Both the position numbers and the translations under genes were made by a program. The notes below the pieces were generated by a model that searched no databases, was not told the origin of the DNA, and saw nothing but the letters and a program-made list of their open reading frames with translations. Below, piece after piece: positions 50,241-64,000 of a stretch of DNA of 64,000 nucleotides. The stretch is from Octopus sinensis (lineage: Eukaryota): the NCBI RefSeq assembly GCF_006345805.1, contig NC_043004.1:21266001-21330000 (forward strand), written 5' to 3'. Each line of letters starts with the position of its first letter. Position 1 is the first letter of the stretch.

Positions 50241-51140
50241 ATATATATGTGTGTGTGTGTGTAAATATTTATATGGTGGTTATCTACTCCTTATGCTGAG
50301 TTTGACCGCCTCCTGTACCTACACCTTAGAACCATCATGGCATCTGATGTGGCTTTTTAAACCAGACAATATTTCGAAAAGACACCCACATAAATTGCAT
50401 ATCCGATTTGGACCAAGAGTTGCAGTTAAGTTCCGATCTTTGTGGATCTTAAGATGTTTTTTGAAGCCTCCATTACACACACGTGTCTTTCAGTCTTTCA
50501 GTCTTTTGAAGGTGGTTATGCTGGAGTGCCACCTTATACTGGAGTTGTGTATATATTAGTTTCAGCTAAAGTGCAATTTTTGCTGAAACAAATAAAAACA
50601 TATCTATCCAAGCTGGTACTCCAGCATGACTGCATTCAACTGACTGAAACAAGTAAGAGGAAATACTCCAAGTGAGTACTTTATGCTAAATGGTTTCACG
50701 ATGTTCCTCTGAAGAGGTAAACTCAGGATTTAGTGAATGTGTGTGTTGTGCCTGTGTATGTAAGTGTATAAATATATGTGTTTGTACATCTCCATATGCA
50801 TTGATGTGTTGTTTTCTGTGTTCATACCTGTGTTTAAGTGTACACTGTTTAAAAGCAGCGCTGACAATTATACAGAGACTGTTTACAGCTCATTACTTAG
50901 CAGCTCTATAACTAGAGACTGATAAAACAAAAATCAAATAAAAATGTATACTGGATGCCATGTGATCGATCAAGTCAGTGAAAGCAAGGTCCAAACTTGG
51001 CCTCGGGTCTATCATTGAAACCTGTAATAGAACAAAAGTATAGATTAAAATATGTTTTATATTCCTAGATAGACTTTTCCATTTAGTATTTGAACAGTCT
51101 CTCTCTCTCTCTCTGCCCCAGCTCAATTTCTCTCCACCTC

Positions 51141-51173
<33 letters not shown>

Positions 51174-53538
51174 GATGGGATGATGCCATGCACCATTAAG
51201 TTGAGTGTGATACACAGTTATTTTTCTTTTTCAAATAGTTAGAATGAAAGTAGTAATGTGTCTAAAGTGACAATTCCATGCAATAATGGAATACAGCACT
51301 TGCCAGGAACTTATTTAATATTACACAATGTCTAATCTACAGGAAAGAAATTCAGTACTTGGCAAAATCTCAGACAGAAGTGTTTAATTTAAAACGTCTA
51401 GATGCTACTTACAACTGCACACACACACACACACCACACACACATGCACACACACATGCCTATGCACAGAGAAATGCATAAAAAAAATTTGCATGCACAC
51501 ACACACCCACGTACACACACACACATACACCCACCCACGTACACACACACACAAACGCACACAATATTCTAGATGCTACTCTCTTTTTTTAATTACTCCA
51601 GTAAATCTTAAAATGAAACATTTTCTGGCCCATCACATTGCTCTTATTTATTTCTGCCTACAGTCTTACTCACATCCATCTCTGTCTTCTTTCTTTCTTT
51701 CTTTCTTTCTTCTTTCTCCCTCATTACCATCACTATCTCTCATCTCATGCAAACTCTGAACTTGCCTTTCTTGTTCAATAATTTTCTCTAAGTGAAGAAA
51801 TAAACTTAAATGAATCGCCAATATATAATCTGTGCTTACATAACTGTTTCACGATTAATGATGCTTTCAACAGAATATCTTTCCGTTTTCTCTTGTGGTA
51901 AATCCTGTTCAATGAATTCGGCAGGAAATTAGAAATACTGACTCTTATCTTATAGAAAGAAATGTAATTCCTTTACTGAAAAAAATATAAATAAATAATT
52001 ATAAAAAGACACAAAATAGAAAAAAACTGAAACCATAAAATCCTCAACAAAATTCTTAAAAACTATTCTAAATTTCTGCTGTTTGGATCATAAGTTATAT
52101 TTGAAAAACCATCACTGGGTTTAAGTTTCCCTGTGTTTCTCAATCGATGTTAACTTATATTATTTTGGTATTGTAAGCCTAATATTTATTGATTCAGACT
52201 TAGGCGACCCCTTACTGAAATTTAGTGTTGGCTATGAGAAGGAAATTGTACATAAATCTCTAGAAAAGAAAAAACTGAAAAACAATAGCATTGCATCTGC
52301 ATGTACGCATGCACACCCACACACATATGCACACATGCTCTCTCTCTGTCTCTCTCTCACACACACACAAAGATTAAAATATGTAGCATGTCATGGTTAT
52401 TCATGTAGCTTGAAATATTTATGGATTTTATATTTTGTGTAGGCAGAAGTCTATTCTTTTAGTATTTCTATTTGGGCTTTCTATAAAGAATATTTCTAAG
52501 CTTTCTGTGATGCATAAACTATATGGTTTCTGGTTACCAGTATATGATTTAGCACCAATTTAATTTGCAGCTTATATTCCTGTCTTTCAGTATCCAAGTA
52601 TAACTAGACAAGGGTACAGTGGTACATCTTTGCTTCAATGTTGATTGTTGAAAGTGTGTGAGTGAGGAGTTTTAAAATGTATTGAAATCCTCTCTTTGAT
52701 TCTCTGTCTCTGTCTGTCAGTCTGTCAATCTGTCCCTCCCCTCACTCAGTCTCTCTGTACACCTTGCAAGGAGGATTATTTTGCACTTACATATGACATT
52801 TGAAAAATCTTAGTGTGGTTGGAAGTTCGTTTTCTGGTTTCTCTAGTTGCAGTTATTAAGTAATATTTGAGCATGCTAGTGTCGGTACCAAATTATTTGG
52901 TTATAGATTAGGATGTACCTATTGTTTTTTAAACAACAAATTCCTGCAATTTTGGTAAAAGAATTTTCTAAGTAAAATCAACATGCACACACACATACTC
53001 CCATTCCCCCCCCCCACTCACTTTTAATTTGTTATAATCATCCACTGAGGAAGCTGACCTATTGGACATAAAAGGACTCAGTACATGGAGTAGGGGTAAT
53101 TATTATTATTTTAAAAATTCTTCTAAGTGCTTCTACAGAAGCACCAACATTTAAAATTGAATATTTTCTTCAGAAACAGTTTCTGAAGGAAATCTTAGAT
53201 CTGAAACATTAGTGCTTCTGTAAAACTCATTACACACATGCATACACGTACTCTCTCTCTCTCTCTCTTGTACACACACACACACACACACATTCATATG
53301 GGTTTGTGTTTGTATAGCCTCAGATTGATGGAAGCTCAGTTTTCCTAAGGAACCTTGTTTCTGATTTGAGGAAGTGGGCCTTCCTGGAGAGTTCACAGGA
53401 GAAGAAAGCATATGTCAAAAATGCCTGGTTTTTCAGCAATGTGATGATAATGAAAAGGACCCTGATAGCAGTGATGATATTGAGTGATGGGGTTGGTGGT
53501 GGTGATGGTAGCAATGGTGATGTCAACATTGCGGTACT

Positions 53539-53575
53539 GATAATAATAATAATAATAATAATAATGATAATAATG

Positions 53576-53640
<65 letters not shown>

Positions 53641-53715
53641 AAGAAGAAGAAGAAGAAGGTGCTGCTGCTGCTGCTGCCATTGCTGCCACCACCACAACCA
53701 CCACTACCACCACCA
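53539..53715. repeat. Compound triplet microsatellite (TAA)n-(GAA)n-(GCT)n-(CAC)n
   Basis: Direct reading. Confidence 0.95.
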
Positions 53716-54317
53716 GTATTGATGTTCTTATTGTTCAAATTTACAGGAAAATTTTAATGTTATTAGTCTCAAAATATTTATGCAAAGAAACTGAGTGAAG
53801 AAAAAAAAATAATGTAATTATCACATGGTTTGCCCTTTGGTCAAAAGCATGGTTTTGTATCAAACATGTAGATATGATTTTATCTTAATAGCAGGTATGA
53901 TGTGGCATGCATGATAATACACTTTTTGAAGAGAAAAGTATGGTTATATAATGTATACTATAGTAGGCTTAAGGAGCAGTTAATAAATGATATTTTATTA
54001 TAGTATCATAAATTAACATAAAAAATTTGAGAGAACTGACTCATCGTGTGCATTCTGTCTTATTTTTGGCAGTAAATAATTGTCCCATATTTTCAGCTTA
54101 GAATTTTCATCTTAGAAACTTCATATTAGACTAACACTGCAATGAAGAATCAGGAAGGAGTGTCAATGTTTCAGGCAGTGGTCCTTCATCAAGGGAAAAA
54201 GAAAGAAAAAAAGGAAACAAATTTTCTAAGAATGAACTTCTGAAGTGTTTTAAAAAATTGTTTCTGTCTTTGCTTTATATCTGATACTTATTCAGTAGCT
54301 ATTTCTTCAATGCTTAA

Positions 54318-55393
54318 CCCTTTCGTTACTATATTTCTGATCAAATTACACCCCTTATGTGTTTCAATTAATTTCTAACGTAATCATAAATTTAGTCTGG
54401 TTTCATTAAACAACTATAACTTTTTTATTTATCGATATATCAATCTGATTTTTGGAAGATAATTTAATGAAATATTCTCAACCAATTCTATACTATAATT
54501 TTTGTTACAAAGTGACTCTAATTGCAGGTAGATACAGGGAAATTCCACAAAATATAAAATTATTAAAATTTTGTTCAAACATCGCTATAGAAAATGGGTT
54601 ATTAGCTAATATTCAATTGGGTATATAACAAAATTTTACGATAGAATTTGTTATTCTGGGTAACTTTCTGATACCCATAATAATATTTATGGCAAAATAG
54701 TCTTAATTTCATTCAAGGTTGAGGGAAACCACAAACTATCGTTTCTTTTGCTTAACGTAACGGTTCGTCTCCGCTGTAATGATTTCAAATAGGCTCATTC
54801 GAAAAAGTAAAAAGAAATAGTCTAAGGCTTTACTCTTCTGGGAAAGTCTGTGGCTTGGTCCAGTTTCATCAGAGAAATCACCGAAAGAAACAGTTTTTAA
54901 ATTTTCACTCCATTCAGGTGCCAATTCGTTTTCTTTATCGCTATCGGAGATCTCAGATTCACTGTTTTCCCTTTCGGAAAATGAAACATCAGATTCATTA
55001 TCAAATACCACATGCTTTTTTTTTTTCAGTCATAGAGTTAGATTTATGAAGGTCTTCAGTAGAAAATCCTTCGAATTCTGACTCGCTGCTTGATATAATG
55101 AAATTCGTATCCATTTTTTGTCAGAATTACAAATTTTGAAAACACGATAGGAACAAATTTCGGAAAAAAATCTCCCAAAATTCACGGAATTAAAATTACA
55201 CTTCGATTATTGTACAAAACTGTAGTTGAACTGTTTACGAAGTATAATACGTGTTTTCACGAATGTACTGAAGAGATTTGCTCTGATATTCTCATTTAAA
55301 TATGAATAGGTAAATTCGGGCGGCTTTGGGCGGTTTGGTTTCATAAACCAAAATTTTGTTCGGGCGGCTTTGGGCGGTTTGGTAACGAAAGGG
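54318..55393 (-). mobile_element. Internally deleted piggyBac transposon (1076 bp)
   Basis: TTAA (54314-54317)|CCCTTTCGTTAC ... GTAACGAAAGGG|TTAA (55394-55397). A 25-bp subterminal direct repeat ttcgggcggctttgggcggtttggt occurs at 55315-55339 and 55359-55383. Confidence 0.95.
54736..55011 (-). pseudogene. piggyBac transposase N-terminal remnant
   Basis: Acidic Ser-rich start, then ALDYFFLLF..LFEIITAETNRYVKQK, matching the piggyBac F.LFF....I...TN.YA.Q motif; truncated. Confidence 0.88.
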
Positions 55394-56569
55394 TTAATCG
55401 GGTCTCTAAATTCGTGGTGTACTCTCAACTTTGATTAAATCAGACACATGTCTGTTATCCTGCTTACTTAGTTGTTTGGATGCTAACCTCTTCATTCTCA
55501 TTTCTGGTTAGATCATAACTCAAGGTAGAAATGTACAAGATCTCGATTAATATTGCTATTTAGTACTCTATTGAATTACTCTGATAAAACTCTTGTAACA
55601 GACATAAACATAACAATTCCCTCTAGGTATGTTTTTTTTATCTAAGATCCTGATCACCCATAACACCTGTAACCTCAAAATTTATCTTCAGTAAGCAAAA
55701 CACCTTTACATTCTGCCATAAAATCTTACTAATGTTAACTTCATCTTAAATTCTGGGGGTTAATAAAAGAAATGCCAGTTAAATAGTGGAATAGAATTAA
55801 ATATATGTTCTCTTTTATCCTAGGAAATTTATGGGTATATGATAAAATTAGAAATCGATAAATCTATAGTCTGTTCAAGACCAATAACTCTTTACAGCAC
55901 ATGTGAGATTGGAATGAGGAAAGGAGAAAGTTATTCCAAACAAAAGATCTGGTCTGAAGGCTTACATCAGAGTTACACAAAAGAGACAGGTGGTAGTGTA
56001 AAACTTGAAGACACTACTAACCACAACAATATAACTTTCTGAAACTACAGCCAACAAATGATAGTACTTGAAGACATTGTTATATCTGAAAATTCCCATT
56101 GTTATAGAATTTTGTAAACGGGTTTTCATCAGGATACATCATTATTTCTTCAATGTTAAAATTTTCTGTTTTTGATATATATTTCAACATAGACATTTCA
56201 GCCATTTAGATGTAACATTTATATAGTAAATAAATGTGACTCTACTTAGATAACTAACAGCGGAATTTACTTCAGAATAAATGGTTCAGACTGATATTCA
56301 CTGAACAAAAAATCATTGATGCTTGTAGTTTCTAGTTAACTCATGACCGGAATGGCAACAAAATTTAAGAGAATTAAAAGAAGTGGTGAATTTAAAAGCC
56401 AATGTCCAATGACCATAACACAAGAGAAGAGAAATTAAATTACCAAATAATGATATTCTGATAGAGAGAACTGTTCAACAATGTTAAAATAACTTTATAA
56501 AACATTCTACCAATAAATATATATATGCACACACACACACACTTGTGTATCCTGATTGCAGACTCGATG

Positions 56570-57260
56570 AAGTTGATAAGAAATGTCTCCCACATGTGCA
56601 ACCGAACAGAATTAGAGAGATGCATACAACACTTCATCCACTGCATACCATTTTCTGGGTACAGCCAAAGAGACAGGCTTAAGGTGTATAAAGGAGCCAT
56701 TGTAAAATTCAAGACCATCATAGAGATTGTCACTAATGGGATCTGTCCACAATACAGGAATAAATCTTAGAATAGCTCAGAAAAAACTAAAATTAAGGTC
56801 AACTCATGGTATGACAACCAAAAATACCAGAGTGTTATGTTCGTTGATGCTATTCCTAGATATGAACTAGTATATCGTTTTAGGAAAACCTTAGATTAGA
56901 TGAATCTATGGATTAAAGTAATAGAAAGAATAAGAAAACCCATAAAATTTCTGATTTGTTGAACATATACATTCAAAAGAACCCTCTGTATGGATAGGAA
57001 CTCTACGGTGTGCAGAGTAAGCCAACAGATAAACTGTAAAACTAGATATGTAGTCTGTAGTATAAGGTGTACAGACGGACTGTGCAGAAACAGAACAACA
57101 TACATTCAGCGACAGCGTGTAGCATTGCTGAGGAAACAAATAAACACTGGCAGGAGCTCAAGGAGAAAAAAGCTCATCAGTGCTCCACCAACATGTTCAA
57201 TTAGGATATGGACGCTCAGGTGATAACATAAATGTTATGATCTTATTGACACATAGAACA
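56570..57260 (+). pseudogene. Degenerate Penelope-like element: RT thumb plus GIY-YIG
   Basis: One frame reads FIHCIPFSGYSQRDRL..NGICPQYRNKS*..SWYDN..SVMFVDAIP..IKVIE..NCKTRYVVCSIRC..TYI, then after a frameshift TACSIAEETNKH. Confidence 0.78.
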
Positions 57261-58080
57261 GACACAACACTCAAACAGATTACAGAGGCCACGCACACAA
57301 CAGAAAATAAACTGAGCCTCAACAGAAAACAGGAATGGAGTAATAACATACCCTACACCGCCACACTATGCAACCAGATGACTAAAGACAGAATGAGAGA
57401 GAAAAATAAATAAAAGACATGGGTACGAACAGTGCAATATACTAACCCATGTATGCACACACAAGACACACATACTAAAGACAGTGAGTAAAAGTGAAGT
57501 AAAATAAAAGACACAGGTACAAACACTATAATATGCACTCATCCAAGACACATACCAAATTCATAGACACATGTACATACACAGATACAGGTGTAAATGC
57601 ATGCACGAACAGAGATACATACCACAAAATAAAATGGAATAAATAGGACAAGAAGGTTGAAGAGGTCACAAAATGTGTGATGAAAGAACTATATATATAG
57701 TCAATCTTTGGATTGACTACTGTCCTGTTTTTGTTACCACTTTTACCCCTCCGCAAAAAATCCCAAATTTTTATTTAATTTGCTTTGCGGGAAGGACTTT
57801 TTCAATGAAGTCATGTCTCGCCTTTACCTTCGAAACATGGAGTAGATAAAGCAGAGGCAGCTGAAGAAGGGGAATTTTCCTTGTGTTGTTTGTCTTGTAC
57901 TGTGTTTTTTTTTTGTTTAAAAAAAATGTTCGTTTCTATGGTTTTGTTTATGTTTTCATTTCACATTGCGTTCAACGTTTTTTTGTGTCCTGTACCCTTA
58001 TATGCATGTATATATACATATAGATGTAGGTACGTACATATATGTATGTATATATGCATATGTTTTATCTATTATTTTGT

Positions 58081-58116
<36 letters not shown>

Positions 58117-58196
58117 AATTCAAACATGAACAAACATGAAAAAACATGAGGATGTGGAATAAGTAGTGTTATTGGGCACTCAGGAAAAGAAAGGAA

Positions 58197-58241
<45 letters not shown>

Positions 58242-58554
58242 GTGTTGGACTGGCCAGCTTGCCAGCTTGCTCAATGGCAAGTGGGCCCTTGTGCCATTAG
58301 AATCCATATATGGGGGCCCTTGTTAGTAAATAAGGGGCACATCCCCTCAAGTTTGATAATTTTTATATACTCCTGGAAGAATGCATTAATTATTTCAGCT
58401 TAGCTGTATTTGAAGACAGTTGAAAAGAATACATTTAACAAAAAAAATAAATAAATGATAGCATTGTCCTTGCGGGATGGGGGGGGGGGGCTTAGTCTCC
58501 TGGCAACCAATATTTTCAGACCTAGTCCGCTACTGTATATGTATATATATAGAA

Positions 58555-58585
<31 letters not shown>

Positions 58586-59676
58586 GAGAGAGAGAGATGT
58601 ATCTGTTTACATGTATGCAATATACACATGCATATATGTATGCATACATACACACATGCACATGTACTCACAAACACACACATATAATAAAAATATCAAA
58701 GAACGGAGTAAGCAATAGTACTTTTAACGCATTGTTTGCAGTTGTTTCTCCAATTCATATTTTAATCATTTTAATCAATCTTGTGTCATGTTCCTTAGCA
58801 TTTCAGCAGCTTTTGATTTATTTTTATGCATGGTGTAAATGTTCTTTTGCAGTACACACAGGAATTGATTTCTCAGAGTATTGAAGAGCAATATGCTAAT
58901 CAATTTTACAATCTTGCCAAGTCCTCTCATCCTCTTGCAAAAGCAGGGGGTTTCTATTAAACCTATTCATTCAAAGGGTAAAACAAGAAGAGGAGTAAAA
59001 GGGATGAAAGAAAAGCAGAAAAAAATATTTGACTACTTATAAGGTTTTTTTCTTTCCTTATTACGAAGTTCTTAGAATTTCTAGTCAGTAGTCATCATAT
59101 TTATTGCTATTCCATTTTTTATTAAAATCATCTGTGAGGTATAACTTATGACCTATTAATTAAATATCATTTTAAGAAGCTAGACATTTTATTAAATACG
59201 TAATTAATTACAACCTGGAGGATATTCATGGAGTATTTGTTTCTTTTTTCATAGAATCTTAGTAATTTAGCAATTGTGTTTGCATATGAATAATAGCTGT
59301 TTTCAAGAGAAATCTATCTTGTGAAAAGATCTGATAGCAGCCAATTATTTTAATTTCAGCTGCAAACATCTCTACATGTCATTTTTTAATATATATATTT
59401 TTTTGAGGTCTTATAAGTGTTTCAAACTGATATATCTGACTGGTAGTTTATGATGTATGTAGTGGAATAAACATCACTTCACAAACATGTGTTTTCCCCA
59501 TCATTAACCATTTAAAATGGATTCTCAGGAAATAATAGCTATAACTTTTCAAATCCACATGGCTTCTCTAGAAGTGGCAGTTATTACAAGGAGGACAATC
59601 ATTTCTTCATAATATAAGGAGTGATTACAAAAATAAATTTGAATTTAAGGGATTCTAAGAAAAAGTTGCATAAAAT

Positions 59677-60087
59677 GCAGGAGTGGCTGTGTGGTAAGTA
59701 GCTTGTTTACCAACCACATGGTTCCGAGTTCAGTCCCACTGCGTGGCACCTTGGGCAAATGTCATCTACAATAGCCTCGGGCCGACCAAAGCCTTGTGAG
59801 GGGATTTGGTAGACGGAAACTGAAAGAAGCCCGTCGTATATATGTATATATATATATATATGTGTGTATGTGTTTGTGTGTCTGTGTTTGTCCCCCAAGC
59901 ATTGCTTGACAACCGATGCTGGTGTGTTTATGTCCCCGTCACTTAGCGGTTCGGCAAAAGAGACTGATAGAATAAGTACTGGGCTTACAAAAGAATAAGT
60001 CCCGGGATCGATTTTCTCGATTAAAGGCGGTGCTCCAGCATGGCCGCAGTCAAATGACTGAAACAAGTAAAAGAGAGAAAGAGAGAT
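59677..60087 (+). mobile_element. SINE A, full length
   Basis: Homology to other copies. Confidence 0.93.
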
Positions 60088-60171
60088 ATATAAATTTTTG
60101 TTTTGTTTACATATTATAAAGTTTTTACAATATCTAGTCTGTGGTTATCATGTATCAATACTGCTGGGCAT

Positions 60172-60722
60172 CATGGAGGCAATGACAAGTTACCAAGAAC
60201 TTTGGTGATATGTTGTGCTTGAGAAGACCCAGCAAACCAAGTGAGACCATGATCGTGGCCTATACCAGTGCAACATAACCAACCCATTTAAAAGTACTCT
60301 CCAATCACTGGGCAATGAACTGCACTTGTGGAGACCTGTTGAGGCAACTGAAGTTATCATCATGGCCAATAACAGTAATGCCTGATTGGCACCTTTGCTA
60401 GTGGCATGTAAAAAGCACCATTCAAGCATGGTCGATGCCTGTGACGCCTGATTGGCTCTCATGCTAGTGGCACATAAAAAGCACCATTCAAATGTGGTCG
60501 ATGCCAATACTACATGACTGGCCCTTGTGCTGGTGGCATGTCAAAAGTACCCATTACACTCTTGGAGTGGTTGGTGTTAGGAAGGGCATCCAGCTGTAGA
60601 AACTTTGCCAGATCAGATTGGAGCCTGGTGCAGCCTTCTGACTTGCCAGCCCTCACTCAAGCCATCCAACCCATGCCAGCTGAGAAAGTGGACGTTAAAC
60701 GATGATGTTGATTATGATGATT
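60172..60722 (+). mobile_element. RTE-type LINE 3' end with internal ~65-bp duplication and (GAT)n tail
   Basis: ORF end gaggcaatgacaag..gagaagaccc; tagtggca(t/c)(g/a)taaaaagcaccattcaa occurs twice; shared 3' UTR. Confidence 0.85.
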
Positions 60723-62699
60723 GCATGCTGGTGTGGCTTAGAGGATGAGGAGTTCTTTTATCTGTTTGTTATCTCTTCATTCCAACATTTATTATATCGA
60801 GGAGGCCAGCAAAGTTTAAAGAAATTTGTACATACACAATATATGAAAATATCATAAAAGTTAACCAAAAATTAAAAGGTGCTTTTCTACAGACTTTTAT
60901 ATCTACAGATTTTGGTATCGACACACCTGAGTCTTCTTCTGTTTTAAAGTACTAATGCATCTCTTAAACCATCTGTAAAACCAATGCAGTTGAGGCTCAC
61001 TCCCCTTGATTCTCTGATGTCATCTTATGATCTCCTCTAGTTCTGTGACACCAGCCTGTGACTGCATCTGGGTCTATGATACAAGCCCACTTATCAGTAT
61101 TCTTGATTCTTTGATTCAAATGTACATTAAATTTTCCATCATAATTTTATGTTAGATCTTTCTGACAAATTGCATTCCAATCACTAATTAATTAATAATG
61201 ATATTTTACATAAACTACAGAAATTTTTATGGCAGGATACAATTTATAATGCTGGCTTTGGTATTTGGCTAAGTTATTGACCTTGGAAAAATAAGATCAA
61301 GTCAAGCACTGTAGGATTTGAACTCAGAATGTAACTAATTACTGCAAGGTAGTAGAAGGATAATTAGAAGACTGTTAATGGAGATGACAATAAATAATTT
61401 TGATGATAATATATACCTGGAATATGCCTTTTGGTAACATGAATCTTAACTACATTTTACTGGCCACAAAATAAAATAATGTTTTGTCATATATGCATGT
61501 GTAAAAGTTTAAATTTTTAAGCCATTTAAAAAAATTAAATTTAGAACAATTGAGAAATTTAAATTCATGTTAAAATCAGTTTGTGCTGGTCACAGTTGAG
61601 ATGACAAGTGTTCTCAGACCCTGTGCTGCCAATTTTCTCTGCAAAATTGGGATAACTGTGAACCATCAGAGAAATGTGTCCCATAAGGTGGAGTGGCTGC
61701 TGCAGTGTGTGTTACTGGTCATTCCCAGTGGCAATGCTATCCCAGTCAATATAGTGGGAATAGAGCTGAGCACACCATTAGTTCTGGTGTATGTGGCCCA
61801 TCACCCCTCCCTCTCCTCTTATACTGCTTTACCCCACCTTTTTCTTTTTCTTCTTTTCATTTCTTATCTCTTCTTTTTCTTGTTTCTCTGTATTTAAATT
61901 TGAATAAAACTTACTTCTTAAATCAGAAATACCAAATCAGTAGCAGGAGCCCAAATTATATATAACTGAAGGAAAAATAAAATCAGGGAATTATAGCAAG
62001 ATCATCCAGTTCACACACCAAAGCACACAAGGTACTTAGTAACAACAACCAACGATAAAACCATATTTACACCATCTCTTTAAATCAGATCCATCCTGTA
62101 GAATACACTAGAGAATACACTGGGTTAGTGAAATCAGTTTATAACTCATATGGCTGATACCTGTTTGGCTGTTGGTGTGTTTAACATGCTCTGCCCAGAG
62201 TGATTTGTATCACAACTCCCCAACCACATTATTTTAAAATTTCAGTTAAAATCACACTCTTCAGAGGTACTGCATTTCAGTGCTGCACTTTCATTTCTAA
62301 TTAATTCAAGACAGCTTAAGGCTTTCAGTATTTATATTAATAAAAGATGTAGAAATACAGCATCACTAGCCATGAAAACAACAACCTACACAGTAAAGAT
62401 TTTCTTCTTTTCCGTGGTTGGATTAGGGATTCCTATTTTCTTTGTTGTATATGTTTTCAACAAACTGAATGTAAATTAAAAAATAAAACGAATGTAAAAA
62501 TGATGTTAATGGAAGCAAAAATGAATTAGAAACCTTTATATATGCATTTAAAAGTGAAGTAGAAATCCATTCTAGTTTCAAATTATAATTACATGGTATA
62601 TTTTGAAATTTTCAAACACAGAACTTCATTATAATCCTGAACAATCACACACACCACAGCATATAGTTTCACAATCACCAAGATAAATGATATTATACG

Positions 62700-63860
62700 G
62701 CTCATCTTCATGATTGCTTTCTATAGTTAGAGACTGCACATTGTCTATTTCCTCATCCATGTCAAATGATGCATAATCATCTTCTGTACCATCCAACAGA
62801 TCTGAAATCCCATATTTCTCAACTTATTTGACAATAATGTCAACTTTTACTTTCTTCCATAAATCAATGGTTCATTAACAGATCAGAGGCAGTTATGAGG
62901 CTCACTAACTGTCATTTTTGTGCTTGATTTTTCTCCATTTCACAGCAGGTGATTCCATTAGATTTTCATCATGTTTTTCAAAGCCTTATGGATACTAATA
63001 TCTAAAAATTTAGAAAGAAAAATTATAAGTCTGTTTGGAAAATCAACTATGATAGTGTTTTTAATTGGAGGTTACTAACAATGTCCTTTATAAGCTCCCA
63101 GATAAGCAAATTCTTTTCTTCTCATACTTCGCCTGGTCACATATTTCAAACTTCTTTTATCCAGTAACTACATCCAATCTCATTCATTTACTCTTGTGGA
63201 TGCACATGAATGACAACTATAAATTTTGGGAAAGGAAAGGGCATTTGTAATTGGTCCTTTGACTGAGATTTTCTCCTGAAAACAACCATTGATTTTGACC
63301 ACTTAGTATCAACTATAGAAGAAAGATATAAAGTAATTCTACATTTCTTGCAATCAAGGTTTCAAATAAATACTAGTTTTTGTCTCCTTTATGATTTACA
63401 TTTCCATTCTCTGTCATGTCAAGCACAATTGACATTTCAGCTGTGTTCCCCATACATGATAACTTCTAGCCTTCCTTCTATTGATTTCTGATTACAAACT
63501 GGAAAAATTGTAATCACCAGGCAAAATTTGTGTGATCTTAGTTCTCTGCTGAAACCCTAAGCCATGCTACTGCACCACTTATTTAAAAATCTGCAATTCC
63601 ATTCTTATTTTCTTCCTTTTGTGCATGGATTAGGCAGACAACACAACACTATATCCATTTTGATGACTTTCTAATACTCACTCTGTAATGGTTTTCTCCA
63701 CTTGTGGATATTCGCATTGTTTTGTATATTTCCCTGTTGGTATTGTCTGATGTTCGAATGATAACTTTCTCCAGTTGTTCATTACTTTCTTTGAGGTACA
63801 ACATAGTTATTTGGCTTCTTGGAAAATTCAGCAACTTTTAGCTTTAAAACAGCTGTTTGT
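62700..63860 (-). pseudogene. Degenerate pogo/Tigger (CENP-B HTH + DDE_1) transposase spanning most of the ORF
   Basis: Manual minus-strand translation: NWRK..YPQVEKTITE*VLESHQNGY; GNTAEMSIVLDM..KGDK; SMVVFRRK; VHPQE*MNE..YWIKEV*; LLIWE; LDISIHKALK; YGISDLLDGTEDD. Confidence 0.82.
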
Positions 63861-64000
63861 TAGTTATTCTTCTAGAGGGCATTTTTATATAAAACAATTT
63901 CAATATTTCAACCCATTTGTTAACATATAACTTCTGTTATATACTGTTGTTTTTCACAAATGTTATAAGAAATGAACTCAGTTGAGTCAGAAAGAGATGC

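Noticed and set aside
56640-56760. Apparent minus-strand exon (PISDNLYDGLEFYNG..)
   Set aside because: The + strand translation is collinear with a Penelope RT-thumb/GIY-YIG relic, which explains the sequence.
57790-57885. Hammerhead-like pieces (cgaaac upstream of ctgaagaagggg) after the Penelope fragment
   Set aside because: The core elements are in the wrong order and the stems cannot be closed in this copy.

Overview
AT-rich, microsatellite-dense eukaryotic DNA. The SINE/LINE repertoire looks cephalopod (Octopus-like), which I infer from recall and did not check by search. I could not support any host protein-coding gene, rRNA, tRNA gene or CRISPR array. The window is a mosaic of repeats: two tRNA-head SINE families (called A and B here), 3' ends of an RTE-type LINE, R4/Dong-like non-LTR fragments sitting in (TAA)n tracts plus a (TAA)n-flanked non-autonomous element (D), several Penelope-like fragments (one ending in a palindrome with a minimal hammerhead-ribozyme motif), three Tc1/mariner relics, a degenerate pogo transposase, an internally deleted piggyBac and a related 220-bp MITE. 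The most striking structure is a ~7.5 kb array of a ~23-bp satellite (11446-18934) with higher-order structure. It lies between the body and the 3' terminus of a Helitron-like element that is head-to-tail with a sister element ending in the same 41 bp. Nearly all ORFs in the supplied track are artefacts of repeats.
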